From NCBI GenBank assembly GCA_965226795.1, contig CBDDDZ010000005.1, positions 736,001 to 800,000 of the forward strand: a stretch of 64,000 bases of DNA. Reading direction: 5' to 3'. Shown in pieces: positions 28,493 through 40,062 of the stretch. Under the pieces are notes generated by a model, which was not told the DNA's origin, ran no database searches, and saw only the letters and a list, made by a program, of their open reading frames with translations. Source of the stretch: Candidatus Latescibacterota bacterium. Its GTDB lineage: Bacteria; Latescibacterota; UBA2968; GCA-2709665. Position 1 is the first letter of the stretch; each line of letters starts with the position of its first letter. A program made the position numbers and the translations under genes.

Positions 28493-30375
28493 TCCTTTAA
28501 TAAGCGAGTTTCGTTTGCGGCACATCGATCTGTGTTTGTGGTGAGGCGTTGGTGTCGATTTATATGGAATTGGCGTTTTGGATGGTTTTTAGGGCGGTGT
28601 TTGTCGTGGTCGCTATCGTGAATTGAGTATCCGAAGTGTCGGTCAGGCGCGTGGTGGACACACCGGTGCGTTGAGGGGTGTGGGGATGGCGCGGCGTGTG
28701 TGTGTCATCGGTCGTGCTGCATGGGTGTTATCCAAATCCGGTGCGTTCAATGATACGCCAGGTGCTGAAGAGGCGATTGAGGGTGGGTTGATAGCCGATG
28801 AGGCGCAACGTGGTGGTGTGCGCGCGTTGGATGACGTGGCAGGGAATCAAGATGATGCTGTGGATGAAGCGCCGGAATTCCATGCGGACGTACTGCTGTC
28901 GGTCCAGGTGTCGGTGCATCATCATGGCAAACCAGGATTTGAGGTTCCAGGCCAGGGCGGCGATGACCATGTAGGCCCAGTTGCTGACCAGGTCATACAG
29001 GGGCACGCGCAAGGCGTTGACGCCGTTTTTGAGTTGCTCGATGACGTTCTCCTGATCGCAGCGTTGGTTGGCACAGGCGACGATCTCGGCGGGGCTTACG
29101 TCCGTGCGTGTCGTGATATAGAAGAAATAACGGCATTCGTCGAACAGGACAAGGTCGCCCTTCATTTTGCTGATGTTCTTGCGCAGAACCACGACGCGAT
29201 ACACACGTTTACAGCGCGTGGGTTGGTAGTTGAACTCGGCCACGTGTTCGTGGTTGAGGACCAGGTTGGCGTAGGCCCGTTTGCGGACGATGCGCTGTTT
29301 CTCGTGGGGCTGATTGCGCTTCCGCTTCTGGTCGGTCACGGTGTGATAACGGGGTTTGCGTTGCAGGGGCTGCCATTGTGCCTCGTCGAGGGCCTCAGCA
29401 CGGGAACGCATCGTCGCGTTGGCGTCCATCCCGAAGATGAAGTCGACGCTTTTGGCCCATCGATCAAAATGTCGGGTCAAGGAAAAGTCGGTGTCGCCAC
29501 GTACACAGAGGCGCTTGGCGTGGGGCTGCACCAGCGCCAAGGCCGCGTCGATCCAGGGTGCCGCACCGGTGTGGCTGGGCACATTCCCCGGTCGGTTGAC
29601 CAGGAAGAGCACTTCCTTCGTGTTGGCCAGTGAGATCACCAGCGGATGGTAGCCCCAGATGCCCTGGTAAGAGATGTCCATACCCCTCTTGCGCTTTCCA
29701 TACGTCGGCACGTTTGTGCCGTCCACGTCGATATAGGTGATGTCACAAAGCAATTTGCGGCCACGCGATGCCCACAAGGAGGATCGCACCGCGTTGATGC
29801 ACGCCATCAGTTCGACGATGTCCCGTTCCGAGAAGCGTCGGCAAAAGTCACCCGCCGTGGTCGGATCGGGAATCAACTGAGCACCCAGGGCATTCATGTA
29901 GGCCCCGTCATGTCGCAAACGCTCGATATCCTCCAGGCGCGTGCCGCCGCACAACACGTTGTAAGCGATGTTGAGCACGTGGTCCGACTCATGATAGGGC
30001 AGATGCACCTTCAACAGGGACAGCGACGCGTCGATGCGCTTGGGCAGTCCCAGCTTGGTGACCAGGCGATGCACGGCGCCGATGCCTCCGTAACTCATCG
30101 CGTCGGTGTAGGCGCCCACCTCGTAGTGCACTTTGCCAGGGCTGAACATGGGCCGGGGCTGCGCCTGCCAATGCCCCGCTCGACCGTGGCGGGCGGCCAC
30201 TTTGCGTTTGCGACGAGCACTGTTCCTGCGGCTGTCATCAACCGATATTCTTTTCACCGGAAAGGTCTCCTGCGTTGGAGTGATGATTTCTAGCGCAATC
30301 CATCTATCTCCAACAACGGTAGGCCTTTCCGGTCTCTTGGACCAGAAAAATCTCACCATCACGCTTGTTTAAGGG
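28493..30375 (-). mobile_element. IS1380-family insertion sequence
   Basis: Imperfect IRs TCCTTTAATAAGCG / CCCTTAAACAAGCG; CTAG target duplication at 28489-28492 and 30376-30379. Confidence 0.92.
28728..30257 (-). CDS. IS1380-family transposase (apparently intact)
   Basis: PYHESDH, IPDPTTAGDF, IDVDGT, RGDTDF and QENVIEQLK; GTG start after AGGAG. Confidence 0.93.
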   Translation of the reverse strand: MKRISVDDSRRNSARRKRKVAARHGRAGHWQAQPRPMFSPGKVHYEVGAYTDAMSYGGIGAVHRLVTKLGLPKRIDASLSLLKVHLPYHESDHVLNIAYNVLCGGTRLEDIERLRHDGAYMNALGAQLIPDPTTAGDFCRRFSERDIVELMACINAVRSSLWASRGRKLLCDITYIDVDGTNVPTYGKRKRGMDISYQGIWGYHPLVISLANTKEVLFLVNRPGNVPSHTGAAPWIDAALALVQPHAKRLCVRGDTDFSLTRHFDRWAKSVDFIFGMDANATMRSRAEALDEAQWQPLQRKPRYHTVTDQKRKRNQPHEKQRIVRKRAYANLVLNHEHVAEFNYQPTRCKRVYRVVVLRKNISKMKGDLVLFDECRYFFYITTRTDVSPAEIVACANQRCDQENVIEQLKNGVNALRVPLYDLVSNWAYMVIAALAWNLKSWFAMMMHRHLDRQQYVRMEFRRFIHSIILIPCHVIQRAHTTTLRLIGYQPTLNRLFSTWRIIERTGFG

Positions 30376-32243
30376 CTAGTGAAGGGTGCCGGCGTCGGTG
30401 TCAGCGCGCTTTGGGTCGTCAGCGCGATTCTGGGGATGTCGGTTTTGTCGTTCCTGTTGGGGCAGGGTCCCGAATCGATCCGCCCCGACGCGCTTCATCT
30501 GACCGATACCGTTGAAGGTGGAGACGCCTTCGGCGTCGTCTTCGCAACGTGCTTTCCGGCTTTCACCGGCATGATCGCCGGTCTGGGACTTTCCGGCGAC
30601 CTGAAGAATCCCCAGCGGAGCATCCCGATCGGGACAATTGCCGCGACACTCACGGGCATGGTCGTTTACGCATTGGTCGCAATCAAGCTCGCACAGAGCG
30701 CGACGCCCCAGGCGTTGGATGCCGACCAGTTTATCATGGCGCAGATTGCAGTGTGGGGTCCTGCAATTCATATAGGTCTGGGCGCGGCAGCCATTTCATC
30801 GGCTCTTGGTTCGATCCTTGTAGCTCCGAGAACCCTTCAGGCGCTCGCCCGGGACAAAGTGCTTCCCATACCGAAATTGAATCGCCTGCTCGCAAAGGGC
30901 TGGGGCAGGGCGCAGGAGCCCGTATACGCAACCTGCGTTTCAGGTGCCGTAGCGGTGGTATTCGTCGTTCTGGGAGACATTGACTTTATCGCGCAGATTC
31001 TCAGCATGTTCTACATGGTAACCTACGGCGCCCTCTGTACGGTATCGTTCCTCGAATACTTCGCGGGGAATCCGTCGTACCGACCCACGTTTCATTCGCG
31101 CTGGTACGTTTCGCTTCTCGGCGCGATCATGTGTGCACTCATGATGATTCAAATGAGTTTTCAGTATTCCCTTTTAGCCATCACTCTCATGGCCGCAATA
31201 TACTTCGGGCTGCGTCGCACGCGAAAAGGTGAACGGGACCTCACGGCGATCTTCCAGGGGACGATGTTCCAGTTGACCCGCCGACTCCAGATCACGCTGC
31301 AGAAGAACCAGGTGGAGAAATACGATGGCGGCTGGCGGCCCTCAATTGTCGCCGTGACCCGCTTCGGCGACCGGCGTTTGGGACACTTCGACCTGCTGCG
31401 CTGGATCAGCCACCGGCACGGATTCGGACACTTCATCCAGTACTTTCAAGGTGAATACTCGTTCGACGACGAGGCGAAAGCCCGTACTCACGTGGAAAAA
31501 CTCATTGACAGGGCGGACGTCAGCAGGGCCGGTATTTTTGTCGATTCACTGATCTGCCCGTCTTTCAGGCAGGCACTGGCACAGACGCTTCAGATGCACG
31601 GCATCTCGGGTTTGCCCAACAACTGTGTTCTGCTCGAGTTCGACAAAGCGCAGTCGGAGGAAATTAACGAAACAGCAGAGGGCGTGCGCCTCGCGGCCGA
31701 GTCGATGTTCAACGTCCTGGTCTTGCGGTCGACAAACTACCGATTCGGTTACCGGTCCTCGATTCACCTGTGGGTAACGGAGGAGAATCTTACGAATGCG
31801 CCGCTGATGCTGCTCCTGGCGTACATCGTCGTGGGCCATCGCGAGTGGCGACGCGCCGAGATCCGGCTCTTCGCGTGCCACGAATCCGAGGGCGCGGAAC
31901 TCGAGACGCACCGGCTTTCCAGTCTGATGACGGAAGGCAGGCTGCCGATTTCCATGCAAAATGTGACGTCCGTTGCATGCACAACCAGTGAATCCGTCGA
32001 GGAGGAGGTTTCGCGTCGGTCTTCCGAGGCCGATCTGGTGATCGCCGGCTTAACCGAAGACGAAGTCAAATCGGATGAGGTGGAACGGGCGCTCCGGCGC
32101 TACGACGGCGCTAACGACGTTTTGTTCGTACATGCAAACGAGATGATCGCGATCGAATGACTGACCGTCCGCTGGTGAAGTCCCCGGTTGTCGATGTCAG
32201 TATTCACGGCGGCACCCCGCCCGGTTTACAAGGAGCGCCTGCG

Positions 32244-33059
32244 ATGAAGACGACAAATGAAGACACAAATGTCCAGTTACACGACCATCCCGCTCAGATC
32301 CACCCGATGTCGGATTACGAAAAGTTCCTCTTCGACCTGAAGGGTTTTCTCGTTATTCCAGCAGTGCTCACGAACGACGAAGTTCAAACGGTGCGGGAGC
32401 ACCTGGAAATACTATTGAGAAATCCGGAGAGTCTGCCCGCACACCGCCGTGCACCCATCGCCGGGCCCGCGGAATTCCTCATCGATCATCCGAGAGTCAT
32501 GGGTCTTCTGCAGGAGGTGATTCACCCGGAACGCGATCGCATTCGCCTCGAAAGCGTGTTTATCTCCGGTAGATCGGCCGAGACCACCCAGAATCAATGG
32601 CGGCCCCACGTGGGCGGGACGAATCTCGATCCGTCCTTGTCCTACCGTTTTCACAACGGCAGGATTTACAGCGGCATGACACGCATCGTCTGGGAACTGA
32701 ACGAAGTCAGAAAGGGGCAGGGCGGCACGTGTCTGGTGCCCGGTTCGCATAAAGCGAATCTGTTTTCGGCGCAGGATGGAACGTGGCCGGAGCAGGCCGA
32801 TGATCCCGACTCCGGTGTCTGGGAGACCTATGGATGTCCGCCGGGGAGTCTCATCATGTTTTCGGAGGGGGTACGGCATACCGGATCGACGTGGACAAAC
32901 CCCGACAATCCCCGCCGCGCCATTCTCATCGCGTACAACCATGTGACGGTCCGGTTCCACGAACCCAAGCCCTGTATGAATCCCGACGTGATCGGCGGTA
33001 TGTCCAGTGCGCGCCAGGCGTTCTTCAGGGAGGTCTGGTACCTGCGCAACAAGAGATAA
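32244..33059 (+). CDS. PhyH-family Fe(II)/2OG oxygenase with HxG motif
   Basis: FLFDLKGFLVIP, PHVG, GGTCLVPGSHKAN and RHTG. Confidence 0.82.
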   Translation: MKTTNEDTNVQLHDHPAQIHPMSDYEKFLFDLKGFLVIPAVLTNDEVQTVREHLEILLRNPESLPAHRRAPIAGPAEFLIDHPRVMGLLQEVIHPERDRIRLESVFISGRSAETTQNQWRPHVGGTNLDPSLSYRFHNGRIYSGMTRIVWELNEVRKGQGGTCLVPGSHKANLFSAQDGTWPEQADDPDSGVWETYGCPPGSLIMFSEGVRHTGSTWTNPDNPRRAILIAYNHVTVRFHEPKPCMNPDVIGGMSSARQAFFREVWYLRNKR

Positions 33060-33240
33060 CGGGCGATTCAAGTCGAATCCGGATGCCGGGAATACCGGGA
33101 TCAAGAGCGGTCCGAACGTGAAAAACGGAAAGCCAGGGAATCCTGCACCGCAGGCGTCCGTTCGCCCACGGGAGTGAAGACACCGGCGAGCCACAATCCC
33201 GCGTGTTCGGTGCGGTATCTGATCCCGGCGGGGAGAATGG

Positions 33241-33274
33241 AAAAGCCCGGCCAATAACCAACGCCGGGCTTTTT
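33241..33274. terminator. Bidirectional terminator
   Basis: AAAAGCCCGGC...GCCGGGCTTTTT between convergent PhyH genes. Confidence 0.7.
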
Positions 33275-33333
33275 CGGTTTCCAATTCTCGTTTCGGATTT
33301 TGACCTGAACAATTTCGTGTCAGGCGGCGGCGA

Positions 33334-34206
33334 TCAGTTCTCCCATCGCCCCGGATCGATAGCGGGTGCGTCGGTTTTCATGCCCCTGGGTTTGTGTGGT
33401 TGGTTCCAGTCCAGTCCGGTTGTGTTGGGGCTTTGCAGAAAACGCCTCGTCTGGGCCGGGGCGCCGGCCACGAGTTCCGGATCCCATTCCGGCATCGGTT
33501 GTATGGGGCCCGCCCAAGCCGGGCGGTATCCCAATTGAACCAGCGTGCGCTGGGAGCCGGTTCTGTTTGGATGGGTGCCGTGGAACAGATTGATGGGGAT
33601 CACGAGCGCCGTACCGGCCCGAACGCAAAGCGTCACCTCGCCCGGATGATATTTGTAGCGTACGTAGGGATTCGCTTCGGCGTGAAACGACAGGTGGGAG
33701 CGAGGGACGAGCCGGAAGGGCGCCCGGTCAGGGGTCAGGTCGTCAAGGTAATAAAGGACGCGGAGCAGACGCGGGGAACTTCCTTCGTAACCGAAGATGG
33801 ACGACCCGAACGGCTGTCCATCGGTGTGTAAGGAAATGGGTGGTGAACCGGAAAGCGTCTGGGTAAAGAGTCCTCGTGTGAACACGATGTCCTCGCCGAG
33901 CAGTGTCTTCAGGAACTCGATCATCGGCGGGTGCGCGATCAGTTCGGCCACGGCCCGGCTGCGCCATTGAGGCTCCAGGCAGAAGGTTTGGGCGTCGCTG
34001 TAGTCTTTCGTCTGCATCGGCGCGTTGGCCATTTCGCGTCTGATGCGATCCATGAATTCCGCATCGAGTACATCCGGAAAAACGACGTAACCTTCCACTT
34101 CGAGGTGGCGGATTCGCTCGGCCGGCGTGAAGCTCTTGAAGTCGGTTTCGTCCACGTTCATGAAACCGATCTCTTCATTCGGGTCGATTCGTTCGACGGC
34201 TTGCAT
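33334..34206 (-). CDS. PhyH-family Fe(II)/2OG oxygenase
   Basis: EGYVVF, LHTDG, LVPRSH and FHGT. Confidence 0.85.
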   Translation of the reverse strand: MQAVERIDPNEEIGFMNVDETDFKSFTPAERIRHLEVEGYVVFPDVLDAEFMDRIRREMANAPMQTKDYSDAQTFCLEPQWRSRAVAELIAHPPMIEFLKTLLGEDIVFTRGLFTQTLSGSPPISLHTDGQPFGSSIFGYEGSSPRLLRVLYYLDDLTPDRAPFRLVPRSHLSFHAEANPYVRYKYHPGEVTLCVRAGTALVIPINLFHGTHPNRTGSQRTLVQLGYRPAWAGPIQPMPEWDPELVAGAPAQTRRFLQSPNTTGLDWNQPHKPRGMKTDAPAIDPGRWEN

Positions 34207-34398
34207 CGCGGTTCTCCTTTTTCCAACGGCCGCCGCGGCCGCGGAAATCCCCCTCAGGGAGTGCCTGATCCTGGAAATCATGCATTTCGGGACGACCCAT
34301 GACCGGGTTAAAGGATCCGTCTTTGGCATCCAGACCGCAGCGCGACGACCCTACCCAAGTTAGTCGGCCAAAGATAGTCATTTCGATCGGATAGGGCA

Positions 34399-37105
34399 AT
34401 GGATGGATTGGGTGTCTTGTTCAGCCTTCTCGTACTGTGCTGGCTCTGGCCCGGGAGGTCCGGGGCCGCAACGGTTTCCCACCCGGTTTACAGCGTTTCG
34501 CTCCCGGCTGGATCACTGAAGAAACTGCGGTTTGTCGTCTCGCCGTTGATGGCAATGTCCGAGGACGAGTTGGTTGCCCTGGTGCCGGATCGTACCGGCT
34601 TCAGGTATGTGGCCTGCGCCTGCTGTGGTGAGGGAGTCAGAGAACGGCAACTCGACTGGTCAGTCGAGGATCCTCTACGAGTCCGTTGCCGGCACTGCGC
34701 AACGGTTTTTTCCGGAAGTGAATTTGCCGAGAATCGGACCTTGCGCATATTGAATCCTCTGGGGATCGAGGTCGAATACCCTTTTTACGAAGATCCGTCG
34801 GGAAGAAGATATTTCCTCCGCGCCAGGGTCTGGTGGTGCGCCCGCTTTTATCTTGCCGATCGTGCGCGGGATCTCGGGCGATTGTACCGGGCGACCGACC
34901 AGCGGCAATATGCCCGGCGGTCGGCGTTGATTCTGGATACATTTGCGCGGTATTATCCGGGTTTTCTCGTCTGGACGGACGTGGCGAATTCAGCAAAGCG
35001 GGTGTGTATGGACCCGCCTTTTCCCCGCAGGGGCGGAAAGTGGGGAGAGTGGCGCTACGCCGAAATCCCTACGGAGATGATTTACGCGTACGATTCGATA
35101 CGGGATAGCGGCGAACTGGAACGGCTTTCGGAAGAACGCGGTGTGGATGTCAGTCGCCGCATAGAGGACGGATTTTTCAGGGGGGGGAATTCGGCAGGAC
35201 GCCTTCCATGGCCTCCTGTATACCAACGCCAGTCCCGAGACCTACGAGGGATATGCGGTTGCCGGCCGCGTGTTGGGCGAGCCCGCGCTGGTTCACCGGG
35301 CCGTGCGGTGCGCGCACGGGCTCTTCCGGCGTTTTTCCGTGGATGGCTTCTGGTGCCAGGGAAGCCCCGCGTATCATCGGTATACACTGGGAGGCCTGCA
35401 CCGCGTGCTTGAAGCCCTGGCCGGATATTCCGATCCACCGGGTTATCTGGATCCGGAAGACGGCAGGCGCTTTGTCTGTCTGGATCCGGTTCGCGAATTT
35501 ACGGATGTGGAACGATGTACACGGGTTCTGGAGTCTTTCAGGTATCCCGACGGTCGGCTGATACCGGTGCACGATTCCTGGGCGAGGTATGAAGACCTGA
35601 AGCCCCCGGATCGGTCGCGCTCAGCTCTGTTTGCCGGTATGGGGCATGCGTGGCTCGGGCTGGGTGAGAAAAAATGCCAGACGCAGGCGCACCTTCATTT
35701 TTCGGAAGGTGGCCACGGACACGACCAGGCGGACCTCCTGAACTTGATACTGTACGCGTGTGGAGAGGAGTTGCTGTCGGATATGGGATACACCCATACG
35801 CGGTACAGGCCGTGGACCGTGAGCACGCTGGCGCACAACACGGTGGTTATCGACGAGCAGGAACAATCTGCGAGCGGAAATAATGGAGCGTCTCGCGGCA
35901 GGCTCCTGGCGTTCGAGACCGCGCACAATACAGTACAGTGGATGGAAGCAAGTGGTGAGGGCGCGTACCCGGGGTTGGCGCAGGAATACCGACGAATGGT
36001 CATGCTGGCCGACGCGGGTGACGGGAATGTGTATTCGGTGGATATTTTTCGTGTGCGTGGAGGTACCCAGCACGACTGGACGCTGCACGGGAGCGCAGAC
36101 CGTGACGGATGGGCCAGCCTGGACGTGCCGTTGGAGCCCTACGGGCGTCATCTGCTGAGGGGAGTTGCGGTGCGGCTGCCCGAGTACGAAGGGGATGCAG
36201 GTGACGCCGAGGGGCGCAACATAAGCTACGGATTCGTACAGAATGTATCCCACGGTCGGGTTGAAGACGGTCTAACGTTGCAAATTGACCTGGCGGGAGT
36301 GCAAACCGGGCTGCGGTGCCATCTGCCGGGACTCTCAAAGGCCGAGGTATTTCTGGGCGACGCGCCGTCGGTTCGTCGAACAGATGAGAACGAAGGCGAA
36401 CTGAGCCGGTTCAGGATGCCCGTTCTGGTAGCGCGCCGGCGCGGACGTGCACCGGTCGCGAGCGTGTTCGCCGCGATCCACGAGCCCTTCAGCGGATCTC
36501 CGTTCATTGAGTCGATCCGGCAGGTATACGCGGACGATTGGACTGTTGCGCTGGAGGTGAGACATGGGCGATATGTGGACCATATTGTGCATTGCACAGA
36601 ACGGCGCAAGGAGCGGCTGGTAGTTGGGAATCTCAGCTTGAACGGCGAGTTCGGGTTTGTACGGGAACGGGACGGCGCCCCCACGTGTATGGGGTTGTGG
36701 GGCGGAGACGAGTTGATATGGGAAGAAGAGGTAGTTCGGGGCGAGGGGGCCTATAACCTTAAGGTGACAGGTGTTCTCAGAAAGGCGGATGGAGATCCGA
36801 TCGACGGTTTGTGGGTGACCGGAGGATTTCCAGGAGGCGTGGACGTCGCGAAGGCGACGGCAATCGTGAGTTTCGGCGATGGTACGACGATGGGATGCCG
36901 CGTCAAAGGCATGGTCCGCAAGGGGCGCGAACTCACCCTGGAGACAACGGATGATCCTGGATTCTCAATCGTCAGCGGCGGAATGCGACATCTGTTTTTT
37001 CCGCTGTGTGCGATCACCGGGCCGGTGATCGCACACAGCCGGACGTCGGCGTTCGTGTGGTTGCACGGGGAAGGGCCTGAGCGTTCAGCGTTCTCCCGCG
37101 TCTGA
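34399..37105 (+). pseudogene. Heparinase II/III-like secreted polysaccharide lyase, frameshifted at a G8 tract (35180-35187)
   Basis: Signal peptide, CxxC pairs, GSPAYH, GHGHDQADLLNL, SDMGYTH and TLAHNTVVID; G7 would join both ORFs. Confidence 0.78.
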
Positions 37106-38245
37106 AGCGGCACGGTACACGTCCAGTATCGGAATGTCCTGTTCGCTCGCAATACGGACGCAGTCTTCGTATTCGGGCGCGATACGCGTCCTGCCGCCGT
37201 AATTGGCGACCTTGACGTTCACGGGGCCGAATGCGGTTTCAACGACTTCTATTCGTCGGGAGACGGTCTGCCGCTCAACGCGGCGGAGCCGGACGCCAAG
37301 CGTCGTGGTTTCACGGAAGATAAGATCCGTGGCCGACTGTGCAAGGTCCGGATCGGCGAGCACGCTGAGCATCACCCCCGGCCGTCCTTTTTTCATAATG
37401 AGGGGCGTGAGATACGCGTCTCTGGCGCCTTCGGCGAGCAGGCGGTCGATCAGGTAGCCGTAGATTTCAGGTGTCATATCGTCAATGTTGGTTTCTATAA
37501 GGGTGAGCGCGTCTGTCCGCAGGGAGGACTCGGATTCACCGATTTCCAGACGGAGCAGGTTCGGAACCTGATCCACATCACGACTGCCTGCTCCGTAACC
37601 GATCTGGCGCGTTCGAAAGGGAGGACTGGCGCCGATCTGCTCCGCCAGCGTGGTCAGAATCGCGGCGCCGGTAGGTGTAACCATTTCAAACGGTATGTCG
37701 GTACGTTCGGCCGGTACATCCCTGCAAAGAGCGAGCACCGCGGGAACGGGAATGGGCAGTATTCCGTGACAACTTCGGGTCGTTCCGCGACCGAATCGAA
37801 AGGGTGAGGCGTAGACGTGTTCGACGCCGAGCTGTTCCAGGCCGATAACGGCGCCGGCGATATCCGCGATGGCGTCTGCCGCACCTACTTCGTGAAAATG
37901 GACGCGGTCGACTGAAATGCCGTGAACTTCGGCTTCGGCTTCGGCGAGACGGCGGAAAATGGCGCCGGTCTGCCGTCTGGATTTGCTCGTGATGTCCGCG
38001 GCCTCGATGATTCCCAGCACGTCCTTCAGCCGTCGGTGTATATGCCCCTCTTCGGCGACGACATCGACTTTCGTCGCAGCGATGCCGTGCCTGTGAACCT
38101 TTCCGGCCCGAAGTCGGATTCCCTCCAGGTGGAGTTTGTCGATTTCTCTCTGCAACGTCTCGATACACAGGCCCGCATCCACCAGCGCGCCCAGAATCAT
38201 GTCGCCGCTTACGCCGGCATGGCAGTCGAAATACGCAAGTCTCAA
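37085..38245 (-). CDS. larC: Nickel pincer cofactor biosynthesis protein LarC
   Basis: YFDCHAGVSGDM, VHFHEVGAADAIAD, TPTGAA, MKKGRPG and PEYEDC. Confidence 0.95.
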   Translation of the reverse strand: MRLAYFDCHAGVSGDMILGALVDAGLCIETLQREIDKLHLEGIRLRAGKVHRHGIAATKVDVVAEEGHIHRRLKDVLGIIEAADITSKSRRQTGAIFRRLAEAEAEVHGISVDRVHFHEVGAADAIADIAGAVIGLEQLGVEHVYASPFRFGRGTTRSCHGILPIPVPAVLALCRDVPAERTDIPFEMVTPTGAAILTTLAEQIGASPPFRTRQIGYGAGSRDVDQVPNLLRLEIGESESSLRTDALTLIETNIDDMTPEIYGYLIDRLLAEGARDAYLTPLIMKKGRPGVMLSVLADPDLAQSATDLIFRETTTLGVRLRRVERQTVSRRIEVVETAFGPVNVKVANYGGRTRIAPEYEDCVRIASEQDIPILDVYRAASDAGER

Positions 38246-38473
38246 GATGTCACCTTAATCTGCCCGTGCGACCAGTCGGGCGCAGGCGAAACCCGACAGT
38301 GGCCAAGGAAGGGCGTTATTTTGATTGTACTTTGGAACGTCGATCGAATGGAAACGGGGTTCTATCGCAGACGCGGCTGCTGAGAGCAGGAGTCTCTTTA
38401 CCCGGCGCTTCGCTCGTGAGTTTATCCAGGCTGAGGGTTGGCTATCCTGCGACGAGGCTGGGGATGAGGGGAT

Positions 38474-39835
38474 TTACGGCGAAGCCTGCAGGTTGGTCAC
38501 AATCGACGCCGTCGGGTCGTCGAACAGCACCAGCAGGCGGTCGCGCTGATGCCTGAAGCTGGCAAGCAGATCCGGGGACAGCGGTCTGGCCTTGGAACGA
38601 TTGGCGAAGCTGGCAGGATTGCTGAGGCGATAACCCTTGCCGTTTCTGACAAAGAAGTTGTAATGAAGGTGAGGTCCGGTGGCGCGGCCGGTCGCTCCGA
38701 CGAAACCGATGACCTCCTTTTGGTTGACGTGCGAGCCCTTCTTCAAGCCGCGCCGGAACTTGCTGAGATGGCCGTAGCCGGTCTTGTAGCCGTTTCGGTG
38801 CCGGATTTCGATGTAGTTCCCGAGAGCGCCTTTTCGGCCTTTGAAAACAACGGTACCCGGAGCGGTTGCCCAGACATGTGTACCGTACCCTGAGGCGTAG
38901 TCGATGCCGTGGTGGGGGATGTACTTCTTAAGGATGGGGTGGAACCGGCGGCTGGAAAAACCGGAACTGATTCGCCGGTAGTGGAGCGGGGATTTCAGAA
39001 ACAGGCCGCGCAGCGACTTGCCGTTCGAATCGTAATAGCCCACGTGGCCGTCCGCGGATTTGAACAGAAAGGCCTGATGGTTTTTTCGGGCCGACTGGTA
39101 TTCGGCTGAAAGGATATCTCCATATCGCAGGAACCGGCCGTCTTTGTATATTTTCTCCAGTGCCAGTGCAAACCGGTCGCCGACGCGGCAATCGACCATA
39201 AAGTCGATGTCGTATTCAAAAATTGCGGCCATTTCGACGCTCAGCACGGCATGGTCTTCACCGGTTTCAAACAGTGCGCTCCAGAGGCTGTTGCGGATTT
39301 CACCCGTTACGACCGCGATCTGGAGTTCCAGAGGTATCTGCTCTTTGCGCGCGGTAAGTCTACCGTTCTTCCGTGTTACGACAAAACGGCTCTCGAATGC
39401 TCCTCTTTTGATGAATTCAAAGGACTGAATGGCTCCCAGGCTGTCTATGCGGAGTTCGTAGCGATCTCCGCTCTGGACGATTCTGGGATTGAGTTCCGCC
39501 CGGGAGATCCCTTTCTTGAAGGCGTCCAGCAGTTCGTAAATCTGGGATCGCGCGACGTCTTCCCGATTCAATGCGTCCCAGAATGTTTCTCTGTGTCGGA
39601 TGCGCCCGTCGACTTCCGAGAATTGCGGTTCAGGACTGGCCGGAAGAAGGGCTGGAACCGGGGGCGCTTCGTAGACGACTTCCTGACTCTGCACGGTTTC
39701 AGGCTCAGGCGGCGGGGTGGCCGCGAGCCAGATCAGTACAGCAGCGGGTAAGAAAACAGGAGCAAACTTTGCCAGCCTGAACCGGCGGCCTGTTTGTGGA
39801 GGCCGGTTCGTGCGGTCACATTTGCGAATATGCAT
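38474..39835 (-). CDS. M23 family peptidoglycan DD-metalloendopeptidase (MepM-like)
   Basis: HHGIDYA, YGHLS and ATGPHLHY; N-terminal TM. Confidence 0.92.
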   Translation of the reverse strand: MHIRKCDRTNRPPQTGRRFRLAKFAPVFLPAAVLIWLAATPPPEPETVQSQEVVYEAPPVPALLPASPEPQFSEVDGRIRHRETFWDALNREDVARSQIYELLDAFKKGISRAELNPRIVQSGDRYELRIDSLGAIQSFEFIKRGAFESRFVVTRKNGRLTARKEQIPLELQIAVVTGEIRNSLWSALFETGEDHAVLSVEMAAIFEYDIDFMVDCRVGDRFALALEKIYKDGRFLRYGDILSAEYQSARKNHQAFLFKSADGHVGYYDSNGKSLRGLFLKSPLHYRRISSGFSSRRFHPILKKYIPHHGIDYASGYGTHVWATAPGTVVFKGRKGALGNYIEIRHRNGYKTGYGHLSKFRRGLKKGSHVNQKEVIGFVGATGRATGPHLHYNFFVRNGKGYRLSNPASFANRSKARPLSPDLLASFRHQRDRLLVLFDDPTASIVTNLQASP

Positions 39836-40062
39836 ATCGGTAGTTGCTTGGAATCCCGGAACGGGTCTGAAGATAATAGGAAGACCCGCCGGATAACAGG
39901 CGGAAAAATGAACGTAACTTCTTGTTCTGAGGGCAGAACAATCTCTGAAAATAGGGCAAATTTTTCTTTCTGTCAACCACTAATTTCGCTTGCGTTTGGA
40001 ACGGCGCACCGTTAATCTCATATGTGTACCGTTGTTTACCGTGAAAACAAGGAGTTGGACAC

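Larger units (their letters stand above)
28008..32160 (+). pseudogene. Amino acid permease / cation-chloride cotransporter (SLC12-like), split by IS1380 and frameshifted near 28158
   Basis: FGTAPVFLASISTILGAILFLRFG, GGGAYYIISRSFG and FPAFTGMIAGLGLSGDLKNP; removing the IS restores LMLVKGA in frame. Confidence 0.88.

Noticed and set aside
26287..37105. tRNA-Val-anchored genomic island
   Set aside because: No integrase and no duplicated tRNA 3' end found; accessory content alone is insufficient
37085..38245. Lone larC as a novel system
   Set aside because: larB, larC and larE are commonly dispersed in genomes
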